Below are positions 45,128 to 59,119 of a DNA stretch of 64,000 nucleotides, piece after piece (position 1 is the stretch's first letter; each line of letters opens with the position of its first letter). Both the position numbers and the translations under genes were made by a program. Under the pieces are notes generated by a model, which saw only the letters and a program-made list of their open reading frames with translations, ran no database searches and was not told the DNA's origin. Origin of the DNA: Bigelowiella natans CCMP2755 (lineage: Eukaryota; Protista; Cercozoa); contig ADNK01003500.1 of assembly GCA_000320545.1 (NCBI GenBank), positions 1-64,000 on the forward strand. The letters are read 5' to 3'.

Positions 45128-45878
45128 GCACTACTCGTATTGGTTGTTGTCACACATCCCTTTGGTAATTTGCACATATACATCTTCCATCGTCATTTCA
45201 TTATTTCCTTCGAACATCGTCATGCTAAGACTATGAAAATCATCGCCAGCATCATCATCATCATCATCATCATCATCACAATGAAGTGCTTCTTCCATAC
45301 TGTTGAAGATGCACAGGAAGCTCGCTGAGTCGAGCCACGTAGCCCATTGTCTTGATCTTCATCTTTTCAACAATCTTCCGAGGTATACTTTCCTCCTTCC
45401 CACCCCACCAGGGAACTTCTTCGTCTTCGTAAGTGCGTCCTTCACGACTAATTGTTAAGAGAATGGAATGTCAGTGACTATGAAAGAATGATGAATACAG
45501 GCTAGATAATGCCGTGTGTACTTCTCTGCATTCTCCCAGACGTTGTGTAGATTCATCCTACGCAATGCTCTTCTGGATCCTGCCCCCTCCCCTCCCTCCT
45601 CAAAACCGAGCTTGTTACGCATGCGCCTAGCTGTTCCTTGCAATCTTCCCTGTATTGCAACCTGATCATCATCCACCAGAATATTATTATATAGATCATT
45701 ATGGTACTGATGGTAACCTCTCCACCACCACCACCACCAGTCTGTTGTATGGTGTGACGATGCAGATGACGATAACGACGACGATGATAATCATCATCAT
45801 CATCATCATCATCTATGCATCAGTACCTTCATATTCTAAAGGATATGTATAGAGCAGTCTGCATGTATATTGCACATC

Positions 45879-45912
<34 letters not shown>

Positions 45913-47296
45913 CCCTATAGGCTTCGCTCCTAGCCACTGTTTCATCAGGTATCTTCTTCCCTAAATGAGCAAAATGGCGTTCCGTGTTGACGCCGATGAT
46001 ACATCTTTTTGTTGTAATACAATGGCGAAAAAATTGTTTGGAACGGCAACAATAATCTTGATAAATTCTTCATCTTCCTTCTTTCCTTTCCCTTTGTTTC
46101 TTGTTGCAATCGATCTTCCCATCCTATCCATATTTTCTTTCTCTCCCTTCTCCTCGTTCAGCACACTTACTATATTATTATTACCGTAGTGCCACCACTC
46201 GGCAAACAATGTGTCCTCCCAGAACCCTCCAACAACGTTTCCGAGCTTTTCACCTAATAAATACCACATAATCGATGGTTATTACATCCATTACTGCGCA
46301 CTATAACTACGACTCGCTATTGATACTACTACCGCTTCATCGCGACCCACCTTTGGCTTTGGCCATTCGGAAGATCGGGTGCAATTTGTGAGCACCGTGT
46401 ATATAATTTGCACCAAGATCAACTTTTGTTTGATGGAGACCGTCCTTCTGTCATCATTGGGGTAAATATAGATTGGGTGTTGACAAACGTGTTTTGCGTC
46501 TTTTTGTAGTGTGACACATGAGCTGCATGCTCCTTCTAATACACTACCACTACTACCTTTCTCTCTGGCAGCGTTATAGTATGAACTCTGCCTCCCATTC
46601 GGTCCCGAGCTTCCAGGAGCACAGGGCGAAAACGAATTCGGCTTCTTTGATGCGATAGACAACATTTGATATGATGATGTTTGTTTGCGCACAATCAATC
46701 TTATTATTCTGAGTTGGAAACGGTGTTGGTGGTGGTGGCTTATAGTAGTAGTCTGAGTGTGCCATACCCGGTTGTCGCGTCCTTATCCTTGTAGTCGGAT
46801 AAGGCTCTCAGTGCAGACATTCCCGCAGCGCCTGAGCAGCATAAGCAGTGCATAGGATAAGAGATAGAGTTAGAGCATATGAGACATCGTGGTTGCTGGC
46901 ATCATCCGAATAGAAAGAAGAGGCCCACTACTTTTTGCATCAACTTCGATATATCCCTCTTAATAATAACGATACATTAGAAACCCCACCTCCTCCCACA
47001 ACGATCACGTCGACCAGCCTATCCCCCGATGCAAGGGAGGAGCTGCAATTTCGCTCCGCCTGTCGAGCACGTTTCGGCAAGGAGTAGTGGCGTTGCTCGT
47101 CGTTTTCGCCTGTTGCAGAAGCAGCAGCTCGAATAATGGTGGAGTGTTCCAACAGAAGGGGAGAGCTCACTTTATGTGTGTTCATGATTATCACTCTGGC
47201 CGTGAAGCAAATAGCCAAGATAAGTATCTTACTCCATGATACTGCAGCAGCAGGTCTGTAGTTGGTATAATAACCACCACCGCTGCTTCTTCTCAT
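42300..47296 (-). CDS. Flavin-containing amine oxidase (polyamine oxidase / LSD1-type catalytic family) with N-terminal hydrophobic segment
   Basis: DVIVVGGG|AAGMSA, LLEARDRMGGRVHT, VDLGANYIHG, ADYVICTVPIGVLK, VTRWDTDPFSLG|SYS, FFAGE|AT..CVYGAVESGRRA. Confidence 0.88.
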
Positions 47297-48150
47297 TCGC
47301 CCGTACTGACCCAGCCCACACTGCTGCTGCTACTACTCCCTATGCGCCAGTTTTACAAGCGAACGTCAAGCTCTTTCTGATGGCATACAGCCAAAGATCT
47401 ATGCAACCCTAATGGAGGGAGGGAGGGTTCCTTCCCGAATTTACCCGGCGCAACTCAGATTCAGGTCGACAGTGAGCCGATATCAATCAAGCGACTGAGA
47501 TCAAAATAGTTGTCGCTCACTTAAAACTATCTACATTTTACAATTTCTATGTGATCATGTGAGTAGTCGCCGAATAATAACTACCTGATATTTATTCATT
47601 GCGACAATGAAGAGACCTTATCGCAATGCAATGTACAAAAGAAAAACGCGGGAATTCTCTATCGTATCGACACTTACTGCTCGTGGTGCCGTTGACTTTA
47701 TTAATAAAAGAGTCTAGGACTCAGCGTATGAGGAGGAAGGAGCACTAAAGATCCCATTGTATCTGGTTACTTCCACCACCACACTGCAAACAACGCACAA
47801 CCACCACCATTCTCATCAATTTTACACATATTCAAACTGGAACCCTACGTACGTACAACGTGTCGATGTACCGCATACTCCAGTAAATTCAAACGGTGGT
47901 GGCACGATTTGTTTAAACCGGAAGAAGCCGAAATCTTTATGAACTAATCTCGGATTTTTTCTGAAACGTCACTCAAACTATTAGCATTGACATGCGGCAT
48001 TCACGCTGACAGTTATTCATGCACACGCTTACACGGATAGCCAGATTTCCGTCACGGATACATGACAGATTCGCCACTACTCACAATTAATGCAGAGGCC
48101 ATCCATTTTGTTACCATCCAGATTCGGGGTTATCGGCACTCAAGCTAATC

Positions 48151-50353
48151 ATGGATTCTTCTATCATTGCATGGGTTCTCTTTGAACTTCAATAGTTTTC
48201 TTGATTTCACAAACTTCCGATCACAGCTTCTTTCTGATACCAACCGTTATTATGTGATATTAATATGCACCACGGGTGATAGGTGAATGCGTTTGACTTT
48301 AATCCAAAAGTGGAGAAAGTGACTGATCTTTCAGACGGAGTCATACTGTACAAAATTCTTGAATTCTGTGAGGCAAAGCACTTCCCAGGGAATGGTCTTA
48401 CGAACGGTAGTATTAGTTTGAAATGATGATGACTGGCAAATAGATACCTCTGGAAGGTTGATATTATATTCATCTAACGCTTTTGTCTCGTCCATCCGCA
48501 GATTGTAAGGGTGATCCACAGTTAAAAGAAAGAAACTTGCAGCGCCTTTCCAGTTGCATGGAGATCTTCTTTGAGGTAATGATAAAGAAGCGAAAGGCCC
48601 TTCATTGATATTGTTTCTTGGCCCTCTTGCCTCTCTTATCTTTCTGTATCTATCCACGTTGAGGAAGGATGGAGGTCATAGATTTGTTCGGATTCACATA
48701 TCTAAAAATCATCACCGTTTATCATTTCTCTCAAATGAACCCACGCTTCTTTCCATCATCTCTTTTGGCAGGATCTTAAAGGAGGCGTTAACCAGAATCT
48801 CACGATGGATTTGTCGAAAATAGCGTAAGTCTGAGCATAACTTCCGAATCTGTATGATCTAATGAGACACATTATATAAATTATGATGGACGTACACGCC
48901 ATTCTATTGCGTGTTGACAGGTATACCGATGACGCATCAGAGCTTTACAAACTGATTGAGGTAGCACACACAACAACAATACCACCACCAACAACAACAA
49001 CATTGATAATGATAGTTATAATAACAATAACATATAAAGTCACTTTGAAAAATAAAGTATCGATGTTCTCCTAAGCACATTATTAAGTTGTTGATTGTTG
49101 TCAGAAGTTGTCGCCATGCATGCATGCTTGCTGCGTCTCTCGTTGATGTTCTCTCTCTCTCTCTCTCTCTCTCCCTCCCTCCCTCCCTCCCCCTCTATGG
49201 TGTACAGTACGTCATCTTGGCAGCAATTCAGTCTGAGAGAAGAGAGGCTGTAGTCCAGAATATCATATCGATGGATCAAGAAACGCAGCGAAAAGTAGTA
49301 AATAGCACCGATTGACATGTGAAGAAGCCTCATGCCATCGACAGTAAAATGATGATGATAGTCATTTCATTATATCTCTGTTTTCCAATCATGATGTTGA
49401 TGTTGTCGTCCATGCTTTTTACCAGCTTATGGAGATCTGCGAGGATGTGATGAAAAGGTATGCTCATACTTGAATCTTGTTTGGGAGATAACGGGGGGGG
49501 GGGGGGCACCTGGAAGAGCGATGATGATGATGATGATGATGATGATGACTAGAACTTACAGATATCACCGAATAATGCTCCTCTTTTTTTCGTCTTCCTT
49601 CCTGATTCTTTTCCCTGCTGCTACCCTGGTTCTCATGTTATTATTGCTGTTGTTTCCGTTGTATTGATAATTAGATTCGACTCCGGAGAACTAAGTGGTC
49701 CCGCTCAAGGGTGATTACTTACTACTTCTCACATACTGTCTAATATTCACATAATAGAAGAAGAAGAAGAATAAGAAGAAGAAGAAGAAGAGTAGGATAA
49801 TGGTGGGGGATGATAAAAAAGGACAATAAACCTAATGAGCGTTTTGTCCACATTATTAGGACGGATGGAGAGAATAATGAAACAGAAGACTTCACCACGC
49901 CAGAAAAATCAGTAATACAGTTGCTAGTTATCATATTTATCATTATGGTTACTATTATAATTTATATATCTTCTATCGGTTACGGCGATTGACGTAATAC
50001 CAGAGATGTCATTCATTCACAATCTCATGATGAGTGAGATTGCAATCAGATGCTGACGACGATTGCACAAACTAAATAGAACAGGAGAGCTTCTTTTGGT
50101 GATCTGATCCTTTCGGCCAAGAGCGTTGCCTTGAAGGTGGGTTTATTCACGACGTCAAGTGATGTTTGTTGATTGTGTGCCTGAGAGGAGAGAGAGAAAA
50201 GGAAAGAGCGGAGACGGAGAGAGAGAAAAAGAGAGATCAAAAGCTCGAAGCTAAGATTCATTTTAGTTAATGATGAGGAGATTTGCTCATCTGCCTTATT
50301 TGGCAGATAGGTTTGAAGACGTTACTTCTATCGTCATGATATATAATCATGGA

Positions 50354-50401
<48 letters not shown>

Positions 50402-51346
50402 ACCTACACATCGACACATACATATAAGCATCATCATTTTTTGTACGTATCTGCTGCTGTGTGATACTAGGGCTCAAATGAAGAGCTTGAAGCTGAGATA
50501 GCACAGTAAAGATAGTCCATCATCATCATATTCTAACTAACTAACTAATTAACTAACGCGTAGTTGCTTGATAATTGACCGTTGTTGTAGTTAGTGTTTG
50601 AATTCATTTATTTTGATATGTGACAATCACTTATCTAATGCAAAGATTACGTGAGGAGAATCAGAAGCTCAAAAAGAAGATTGAGGGAAAAGACGCTAAA
50701 ATCAAGATGGTATACATGGAGAAAGCTGGTAGTAGTATTCGTACGATAATACGGAATAATGGAAGCATTCTCGATAATGATGGTGATGATGTCAAATTAT
50801 GTCGTTGCTGATGCAGTATTAATCATCATTCCTTAATTATATACATATTCTCCAAATACTACATACATACATACATACATACACACATACTTACATACTG
50901 TGTGTGGCATGTCTTCCACAACAATAGCTGCTGTTGTGTTCTTCTGTGTGCTCATGTTCACGACTTTTATTCCTTGCCAGAGCAAGCGGAGAAGATCGAA
51001 AACCTTACTCATGAGCTAGAAAAGAAGGAGTTGGAGAAGGTGAGATGATAACAACGATCATGATATGAGAATAATAATGATCAAGTTAGTCAGTCATCGG
51101 CAAGAGCGTCATTCGTTCTGCTGACAAAAACACGGCATGATCATCTATCTATCCTTTTTACTACTATCTAGAGTATGGATAATAGTCAGCGAGGAAAGAA
51201 AAACGACAAGGCAGCAGAACAAAGGAGAAACATACAGAGACTCAAGCATGAAAAGGGAGACCTCATGGATCAACTCACGGAATATAAGGAAAAATTTTCT
51301 ACACTGAAGACCAATGCTACCGCACAGGTAGTGATACCTGGTGATT

Positions 51347-51382
<36 letters not shown>

Positions 51383-52236
51383 TGATTGAGATGCAGAATC
51401 GGTTATCAAGAACTCCTCGTAGTTATGCTATGCGACGACGATTACTACTACACCTCCAATCTTATTATTATTCTTATTGTTATTGTTGTTGTTACTATTC
51501 TTCCCCTTTTCTATAGATAACAAGCATGAAAAAAAAGATGGAGAAAATGCAGGACGACCTTGACGTTGCTAACTCGAAAGTAAGAATGATGATGGAGATG
51601 ATGATGATTATTATTACTATTTTACTCTGAACGACAGGCAATCTTTACGCATGTATTCTTGATATTCTTTTATAAATTCATTTGCAGTGTGAGCGGGGAA
51701 TGACAACTATCTATCACTTGTCACTGAGTTTCTTTGGTTTTGTCTGTACACACTTACTGATGATGTGAAGGCGTTAGATTACATGATGGTGGCCTCTAAA
51801 ATGGAGAGGTATATGTATTATTTTCTTTGTTCATGTCTGCGAATCTTTCTGCCTTTGATCTTCTTTGCGCACCACCATCATCATAATCATCATAGTTATC
51901 GCCTTGGGATGATCGCTTATTGAATGTGCAAGCGCATGGAATCACAATTACTATCAGTTGTATTAGTAGTAGTGTTAATCGTAGTAGCAGTAGTTCTAGT
52001 GCGTACGATAACAACTAACAAATTGCCTACTTGATTATGATGGTCATATAGATATAAACAAAAGCTCGATGAGCTGTCTGATATTCAAAAGCAATTGAAG
52101 GACGCTGAGGTATGATCATGATGAAAAGTAGCAGCGTGATAGTAGTAGTAGCAGCAGTAGTAGCATATGTGTTCACATTCTCGTTTCATATAACTCGCCC
52201 ATATTCATGCAACAACAGCCACAGCAGACTGGTAAT

Positions 52237-52268
<32 letters not shown>

Positions 52269-52604
52269 CGTATTCTTACTTATCATCATCAATTCAGACG
52301 GCGCATACGGAAAGTTTTAATCGTGTGCTGCAGCTAGAAGATAAAGTGAGAGAAATACCGACTCTCAAAGACAGGTGGTGTGGTATTATCATTAGGCTAC
52401 ATATATGTTGTTTACATCATTCATCCTGGTATACTAACAACATTGCTACGCAAAATAAAATATGATCGTTCGTCGTATCATCGTATCGTCGTCGTCTAAA
52501 ACAACTGAGTAGTAGTAGTAGTAGTATCTCTAATAATATTGTTCAAATATTATACTACACATAATAGAGTTTCGAGGCTTAAAAAGGAGCTAAGTGCAAA
52601 ATCG

Positions 52605-52636
<32 letters not shown>

Positions 52637-53362
52637 CGTCGTAGCAGTAGTAGCAGGAGTTGGGGTACCTATAGTAGTTATAAGAGCTAGAAATATATAA
52701 GAAGAAGAAGAAGAAGTGGTAGTAGTAGTTACAGCAATGCTTATTCCAATTTTAAATATTCTCTCTTGATTTCTCTCTCTCTCTCACACACACACATACA
52801 CATAAGACAACACCATTGGATCATCATATTCATTATCATTATTATCATCATCATCATCACCATGCTTCTACTACTATTACCAGGAGGAGATCGTGGCATA
52901 TAAGAATCGGGAACAGGACCGAAAATCTGTATTTGCGTCCCTCACAGACGAGGTGCTTCTTCTTCTTTTTCTTCTTCTTCATTTTCTTTATGAAAATTCG
53001 TCGTTGATTACAGCATAGCAGCATTACCATGTTTCTCAACAATAATTTTACACACGCACGCACGCGCACACATTTTCCTCCTCTACCTCTTTTAGGTGAC
53101 GAAGCTGAGATCAGAGCGAGATCAGCAGGAAAGAAAGGTGTGAAACGAAGGAAGAAGGGAGTAGAGGGGGAGGGGGGGTAACTCAGCTTCCGAATGCCGC
53201 GAAGTTTTTATGTTGGGTAATCTTAACCTATGATTATCATCCTCCTCCTATTGGCCTTGTTCTCAGATCAAATTTCTAAACGAAGAATTGCAAGCCTCTG
53301 AAGCCAAGCTAAGCTCATCAGAAGTAGTATCAAGTGTTGTAAGAACAGGTGATGGGCAGCAA

Positions 53363-53409
<47 letters not shown>

Positions 53410-53509
53410 TCATAGATGGTATTGAACAATGGTCTTGCTTATGAACTACGTTGGAATTGTTTTTAAGGAAATAAATCATTGTTGCTGCTCTCGCTGCATG
53501 ATGATGGAC

Positions 53510-53547
<38 letters not shown>

Positions 53548-53632
53548 TCTAATAGGGTTGGAAGATGATATCAACGAAGCTACTGGTGGGAGTAAGAAGA
53601 GCTCGGCTGAGAAGGAAAAGGTGGTGGAGAGG

Positions 53633-53674
<42 letters not shown>

Positions 53675-53720
53675 AATTGTATTCATGTCAAGAAGACAAC
53701 TTACACCCACAGATACGCGC

Positions 53721-53756
<36 letters not shown>

Positions 53757-53943
53757 CGACCAATGGCATATGTGCATATTCCTTCAATAAATGCTGGTAC
53801 TCCTTATACCTGCCTAAAAGTTATGAATTATTTAATAGCTTATGCGGTTGGAAAGGGATGCTTCGAAGATTCCTCTCTTAAAGGTGCTTGCTGCAGCAAC
53901 TAACTACTACTGTTTGGTCACTCCTTTTTGCTCCATTTACCAT

Positions 53944-54015
<72 letters not shown>

Positions 54016-54326
54016 CAGAGGCAAGTGGATGCTGCAGAAGAAGAGGCCTCAAAGGTAAATAATCTTTACATATCGATTATAGGTTCTCTGTTTGTCGCTA
54101 ACACCTACTACTCCACTGCTACGTTTCTTTCCCCCTCCCCTCCCCTTGCTTTCTCCCTCTTTCTTTCACGCAGTCAAAGCTACAGCTTTCGGCAGCTGAG
54201 CGTCAGGTGGATGCACTCAAAGAAGAGGTAGTTCCCACAGCTGCTGCTGCTACTACTATTGCTACTGTTACTACTACTGCTGCTACTACAAATTATTCAC
54301 GTAATTGATATGATTCAGAAATATTC

Positions 54327-54363
<37 letters not shown>

Positions 54364-54898
54364 TTCTCTCATGGACACACTCACACACGTAAATATTATC
54401 AGCTCTCTGTGGAGAAGAAACGCTACGAAGCATTAGAATCGAAGACTAAAGGGCTAGAAGGAGGTTGTTCATTGTAGCAGTAGCAGCAGCAGTAGTAGTA
54501 GTAGTAGTAGTAGTAGCAGCAGTAGTAGAAGAAGTACAAGACACAGCATTCTCTACCTATTCTTTACCATCACTTCTTGTTGCAGATGTCAGTGAGAGCT
54601 CAAGCCTCAGGATCGATCTACGTAAAATCACAGCATCAGATGAATAATTTAGTAGTACGATCGCAAGAATTACACAGACGAGGAGGAAGAAGAATTAAGA
54701 TAGTAGCTATTCGCACAAATAGTCAATTATTGAAACAAAGCAGCGGCAGTAGTATTAGTGGCCATTATTATCATTATTAATTATTAATTAATAATGATAA
54801 TAATAGGAGTAATAATAATCACTTTTATTGTAATGCAATTTCTTCCCTTGTATAGGTAAAACAAAGCACCAGCTTGAGGCCACAGAACAAGAACTGTC

Positions 54899-54970
<72 letters not shown>

Positions 54971-56404
54971 TATGCTAATTGTGCTTATTGTGGATGTGGT
55001 TTGGATAGAATATCATCATACGTTGTTGATGATGATGGTGGTGTTGTTGTTGTCTCAAAATAGCCTTAAGGAGCAGCTTGAAGAAGTCAAGCGACAGGTG
55101 ATGATCTCCCTAAAAAAAAGCCGACAATACAGCCGCAACATCGACCATCAAGCACACCGTTGAGCTGCTGATGTCGTTGAGCTGCTGATGTTGATGTCGC
55201 AATAATACACTGCTGCTTGCACTATCTCTTTTCTCTCCACATCATATTTTTTTTCTGTCTTATTTTGTGTGTGCGTGCATGTATACGTTTGTTGTCGGTT
55301 TTTGATGTCTATGTTTATGCTCTTTGATCATCGTTTAGGAGAATAAGAATGCCGGTGCTGTAATGCTTAATGAGGAAATTGTCGGCAAGCTCAAGAATAG
55401 GTGCGGTATATTGCATCCTGAAATTCAAGCGAGCGCATCATCATCATTATCATCATCGCCATCATAATAACATTAGAAGCAGTTTCTTCATCGGGTGTGT
55501 TTGCTGCGAATAGTAATCATGATAATAATGATGAACAAAATGATTCGGTATTGATTAATAGGAACATCGAGTTGCGGCAGAAACTCCGTTTGGTTCTTAA
55601 TCAGGTAGTATGATGGTCGAGCTGTCATATGTTGTCATTATCATCATCATTATCATTATTATTATCATTGGAGCAGCATCACGCGATTCTAGGATAATCT
55701 TGTCAATGACAAATGATTGTTACCATAGACAAAAAGCGACAAGAAAACGATTGAAAGACTACAAGAAAACCTCGGAAGATCATCTCAAGCTAACAGCGGG
55801 TGCTTTTATTCTCATTACCATCCAATTCTTTACACCATCATTGTGGTATCATTACCATCATGATGGTTGTCACCAATTGTATCACAGATCTTCTGAGAAG
55901 GGGGGGAGCAAGCTGGCCATTGCTGAGTTACAAAGACAGCTAAAAGATGCCCAAGATGCTGAAAAAAAGATGCAGGTAGAAGCCTATCGCATCATTTTTT
56001 AATTGTCTCTCTATTTGCTTTCAAAAGCATCGTCTCTTCATTGTAGCTGCAAAAAGCTGCTCTCGTATTATTTTCTAACGTCTCCCATCAGGTGAAACTC
56101 AAGTCGATGCGTGAGAATTATCGGAAGGAACAACTGCTCATAAGCAACGCATTCTATACAATTGGTAATAATTACAACTCTATGGTGTATGCATATAGTA
56201 TAAGGATACTCAAGAGAAAGAAGGGTAACTAACAATCCGAACAGAGATTAGTGAAGGAGGATGGATTCTTGTTGCGTCTCAACATCTTTTTATGCAGGTC
56301 TCGAGGCCCATAATCAGCTCCAGAATCGCCTTCCACTTGTAGATCTGAAACCAGGTAGAAAGAAGCGTCTTTTTCAAGAACGATTTCCACATACGATCAT
56401 TTAA
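48151..56404 (+). CDS. HOOK: HOOK-family dynein adaptor (CH-like domain + long coiled coil), many small exons
   Basis: MDSSIIAW|VNAF..VTDLSDGVILYKIL, LKERNLQRL, DLSKIA..SELYKLIE|YVILAAIQSERREAVVQNIISMDQETQRK|LME, coiled-coil exons, C-terminal EQLLISNAFYTIG. 3' end approximate. Confidence 0.82.
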
Positions 56405-56584
56405 AGAACAAATGTGCACAACTTTCTCAAACACAGCAACATTTTGACTAGAAATTATTATCAATGCTGGCTGTATTTTATGTAGACACAACCACATCTA
56501 AACGATCCTGGATATCGAAACAGCGAAGCAAAGCCAGAAGCAACATTCACAAAAAATAATTTGTTGCAGTGATGATGTTCTTTC

Positions 56585-56599
56585 AACCCTAACCCTAAC
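56585..56599 (+). repeat. Short interstitial telomere-like repeat AACCCTAACCCTAAC
   Basis: 2.5 units of the CCCTAA/TTAGGG repeat. Confidence 0.5.
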
Positions 56600-57089
56600 T
56601 TGCTAACGTCATCCATTTCGTCGACATAGCAATGCGCACAAATCTAGACTTCTAGACTTCACGTGCTAGCGTGGCATGCTTTTTCAGCATGATGCCTGCT
56701 AGCCTGCCAGGAACACAGTGCGCAGCGAAGGGCTCTTTGTGCCTCTCACACCAAGTGAGCAGGCATGCTAGCATGTCTAGATGCATGAACAGCGCAGCAA
56801 TGCTGCGTTTCGGCCACTGTGTGGGAGCCATAAACGTGCAAACGGCTACTTGCCAAGATCAGCCTGTAGATGATGACAATGTGCTGGAAAAAAACAAAAA
56901 AGTCAGGAATTGTTCAGAAGCCATGCTGTCTAGCTGTGCATTGTGGTTGGAGTTGTGTCTCTTGCATGTTGACACAATGAATGTGAACTAGCTTGCATCG
57001 CAGGACCGCAATGCAATGATCGCAAACTGCGCTACGCTAGCTAGCTCCAGAGCCCGTCACGTCATCGCCACATTGAGATGACGAACCAA

Positions 57090-57150
57090 GAAAGTCGAGA
57101 CAGCTAGACAGGCTAGCTAGCTAGCCCCCTGCTAGCCTGTCTCGACTTTC
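57090..57150. repeat. 14 bp inverted repeat enclosing a degenerate copy of the 57195 palindrome
   Basis: gaaagtcgagacag ... ctgtctcgactttc, with internal gacaggctagc ... gctagcctgtc. Confidence 0.9.
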
Positions 57151-57194
57151 CACATCAAGCTCGTTGTTCGAACTGATGACGTTTCGAAGCCATT

Positions 57195-57226
57195 GACAGG
57201 CTAGCAGGGCTCCCTGCTAGCCTGTC
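57195..57226. repeat. Perfect 15 bp inverted repeat with 2 nt spacer
   Basis: gacaggctagcaggg-ct-ccctgctagcctgtc. Confidence 0.95.
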
Positions 57227-58067
57227 CATCACAGCTGTGCGATGCAGACTTGAACGCGTGCTTTTGCAGCCAAGCTAGCAAGCGCACATGCCACTGTCCA
57301 GCTGTGCGCATTCGCATCGTTTGCACTCATCGCGACATCATCTCGACTTTCACTTTTTCCCGCCCAACTGCAGGCTGATTTTGGCAAGTCCAGAAGTGGC
57401 CAAACGATGCCCAACAGTCATGCAAGCACGTTCCACAAGCTGGCAAGGCTGGACATGGCCATCTAGGTGGCATGCAACTGCTAGCTGGCTGGCTCTGGAG
57501 CTGGCTGGAACACTCCAGCACTGGAGGGTGAGCATTTTTCATTGTTGTTCTTGCCAGCTAGCTGGCTTGCATTGCACACATCCAGGCATTGCACGTCTCG
57601 GTCGTCTGGATCGTGCCAGCGTGTGTGCTTTCTGGCCACTGCTGACTGGCCGGCGCAGTGCCAGAGTGTTTGTTTGGCATCTGCGATGCATGTCATCACT
57701 GCCAAAACTTCGATCGTGCCGTCCTGTCCAGCTTTGTCTCAAAATTCCAGAGATTTGCTGTCGAGCTGTGCGAACGATGATCATTTTCAGTCCCTGCTGG
57801 CCTGTCGAGCTCTTGTTTTTCTTCATTCTTGGTGTGAAAGACAGACCAAAATCACATCAATCTCATGGGCAACCACCGATCCACTTCCAAGAGGCGTGAA
57901 CATCAGGAAGAACACAGCAGGTTTTGGTGGGTTTTGAGGATCGTCAGTCCTTCTAGCCTTGCTGACGACATCGACAGTACGCCCTACGACTTGACATGAT
58001 CCTATCCCTGCGACATCCCCTAGTCCTTGTCTTAAGTTATCAAGTGCGAGGATCATCCTTGATTTTG

Positions 58068-59077
58068 ATGAAGGAAAAGCTGACCTTTTTCCGTGCCTGG
58101 AATGATGTAGAACGATCAACGGATGATGACAGAGACAATGGAAAGACGAGCAGAGAACAATGTAGTTGTGTCATTCCTTCTTTCAATATATCACCGATAA
58201 AATATGTGACTTCCGAGTAGGAGAAGGAGTGGGCAAAGGCTACATCAAACAAGGAGGACCAGGGGGGGGACCAGAACAAAGGACGACAGCAGAATCGAGG
58301 GAGAGGGGGTCTACGGACGACGGGAATTCTGGATACACAGCCGCGACTTTGTGCGTGCTGCTACGGCCTTGGGGAAAGAAACCCCAAATTCTATTGGCAT
58401 CTAGTCCGCGAAAATGAAGCGAGCAGACGGGGGTTTTGCGACGATGGTGGATAAAATCACCAGCTTGATCACGGGTGCTAATAAAACCCAGAAAGCGGAG
58501 AATATACTGCTTGAGGTAGTAAATTCTCATTTTTCTAAGCCTCATCCTTTCTGTTGATTAATTAAAAGAATGCATCGTCGTTAGGCTTTATCTGCATTAA
58601 AAGAATCCAGGAAGAATTTCCCTCCCGCTGACAACAACAGTGCGAGCATCGTCAATTCTGAGTCGCTCACTAAGATGTTCAACGCTCTCCAGCAATTCGT
58701 TCACAAGAATATCGGGCAGCTCCGAAAGCAACTCGTCATCAGCGCACTCACCGGATTTCTTCATCAATCATCAAGCTTGGGGCTCAGCGTAAACCGTACC
58801 CTCAACAGTAGATTTTCCGTCTTTATTGCCGCGATCTTGAGCCGAATTATTGAAGGAATGGAACCTCCATGGCCAGAAGACTTAGCTTTGGCTTATGTAG
58901 AGGATGTACTGCTTTCCAATGGAGGAGGAGGAGGAGGAGGAGGGGTGACCATTCCGGAGACTTGGTCTAGCCACCCTGAAATTGAAGCTTTCAATGCAAA
59001 AATCAGGACTGTCTTTCTACCACAGCAATCGCAGCAAGAAGTAAATGCATACTTTCGTCTCCTTCTCTTTGTGTGTG

Positions 59078-59119
<42 letters not shown>

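Larger units (their letters stand above)
56641..57960. other. TpA-depleted, CTAG-rich intergenic island
   Basis: Hand count about 26 TA in 1320 bp, 22 of them in CTAG; no TA at all in 57561-57953. Confidence 0.9.

Noticed and set aside
46291-46765. Novel Cys-containing insert in the amine oxidase
   Set aside because: Wrong frames; the true frame gives the canonical LEARDRMGGRVHT and VDLGANYIHG.
48207-48657. Small minus-strand gene (ORFs 48207-48473 and 48331-48657)
   Set aside because: Antisense shadow of HOOK N-terminal exons (DLSDGVILYKIL, LKERNLQRL) on the plus strand.
57229-57937. Cluster of overlapping ORFs up to 203 aa
   Set aside because: Open on both strands only because TAA/TAG are depleted; Tyr-free, Cys/His/Trp-rich, no recognisable motifs.
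56641-57960. RIP or CpG-deamination explanation; autonomous transposon
   Set aside because: RIP would raise TpA and CpG decay would remove CpG, but TpA is lost and CpG is common. No transposase or reverse transcriptase motifs are recognisable.
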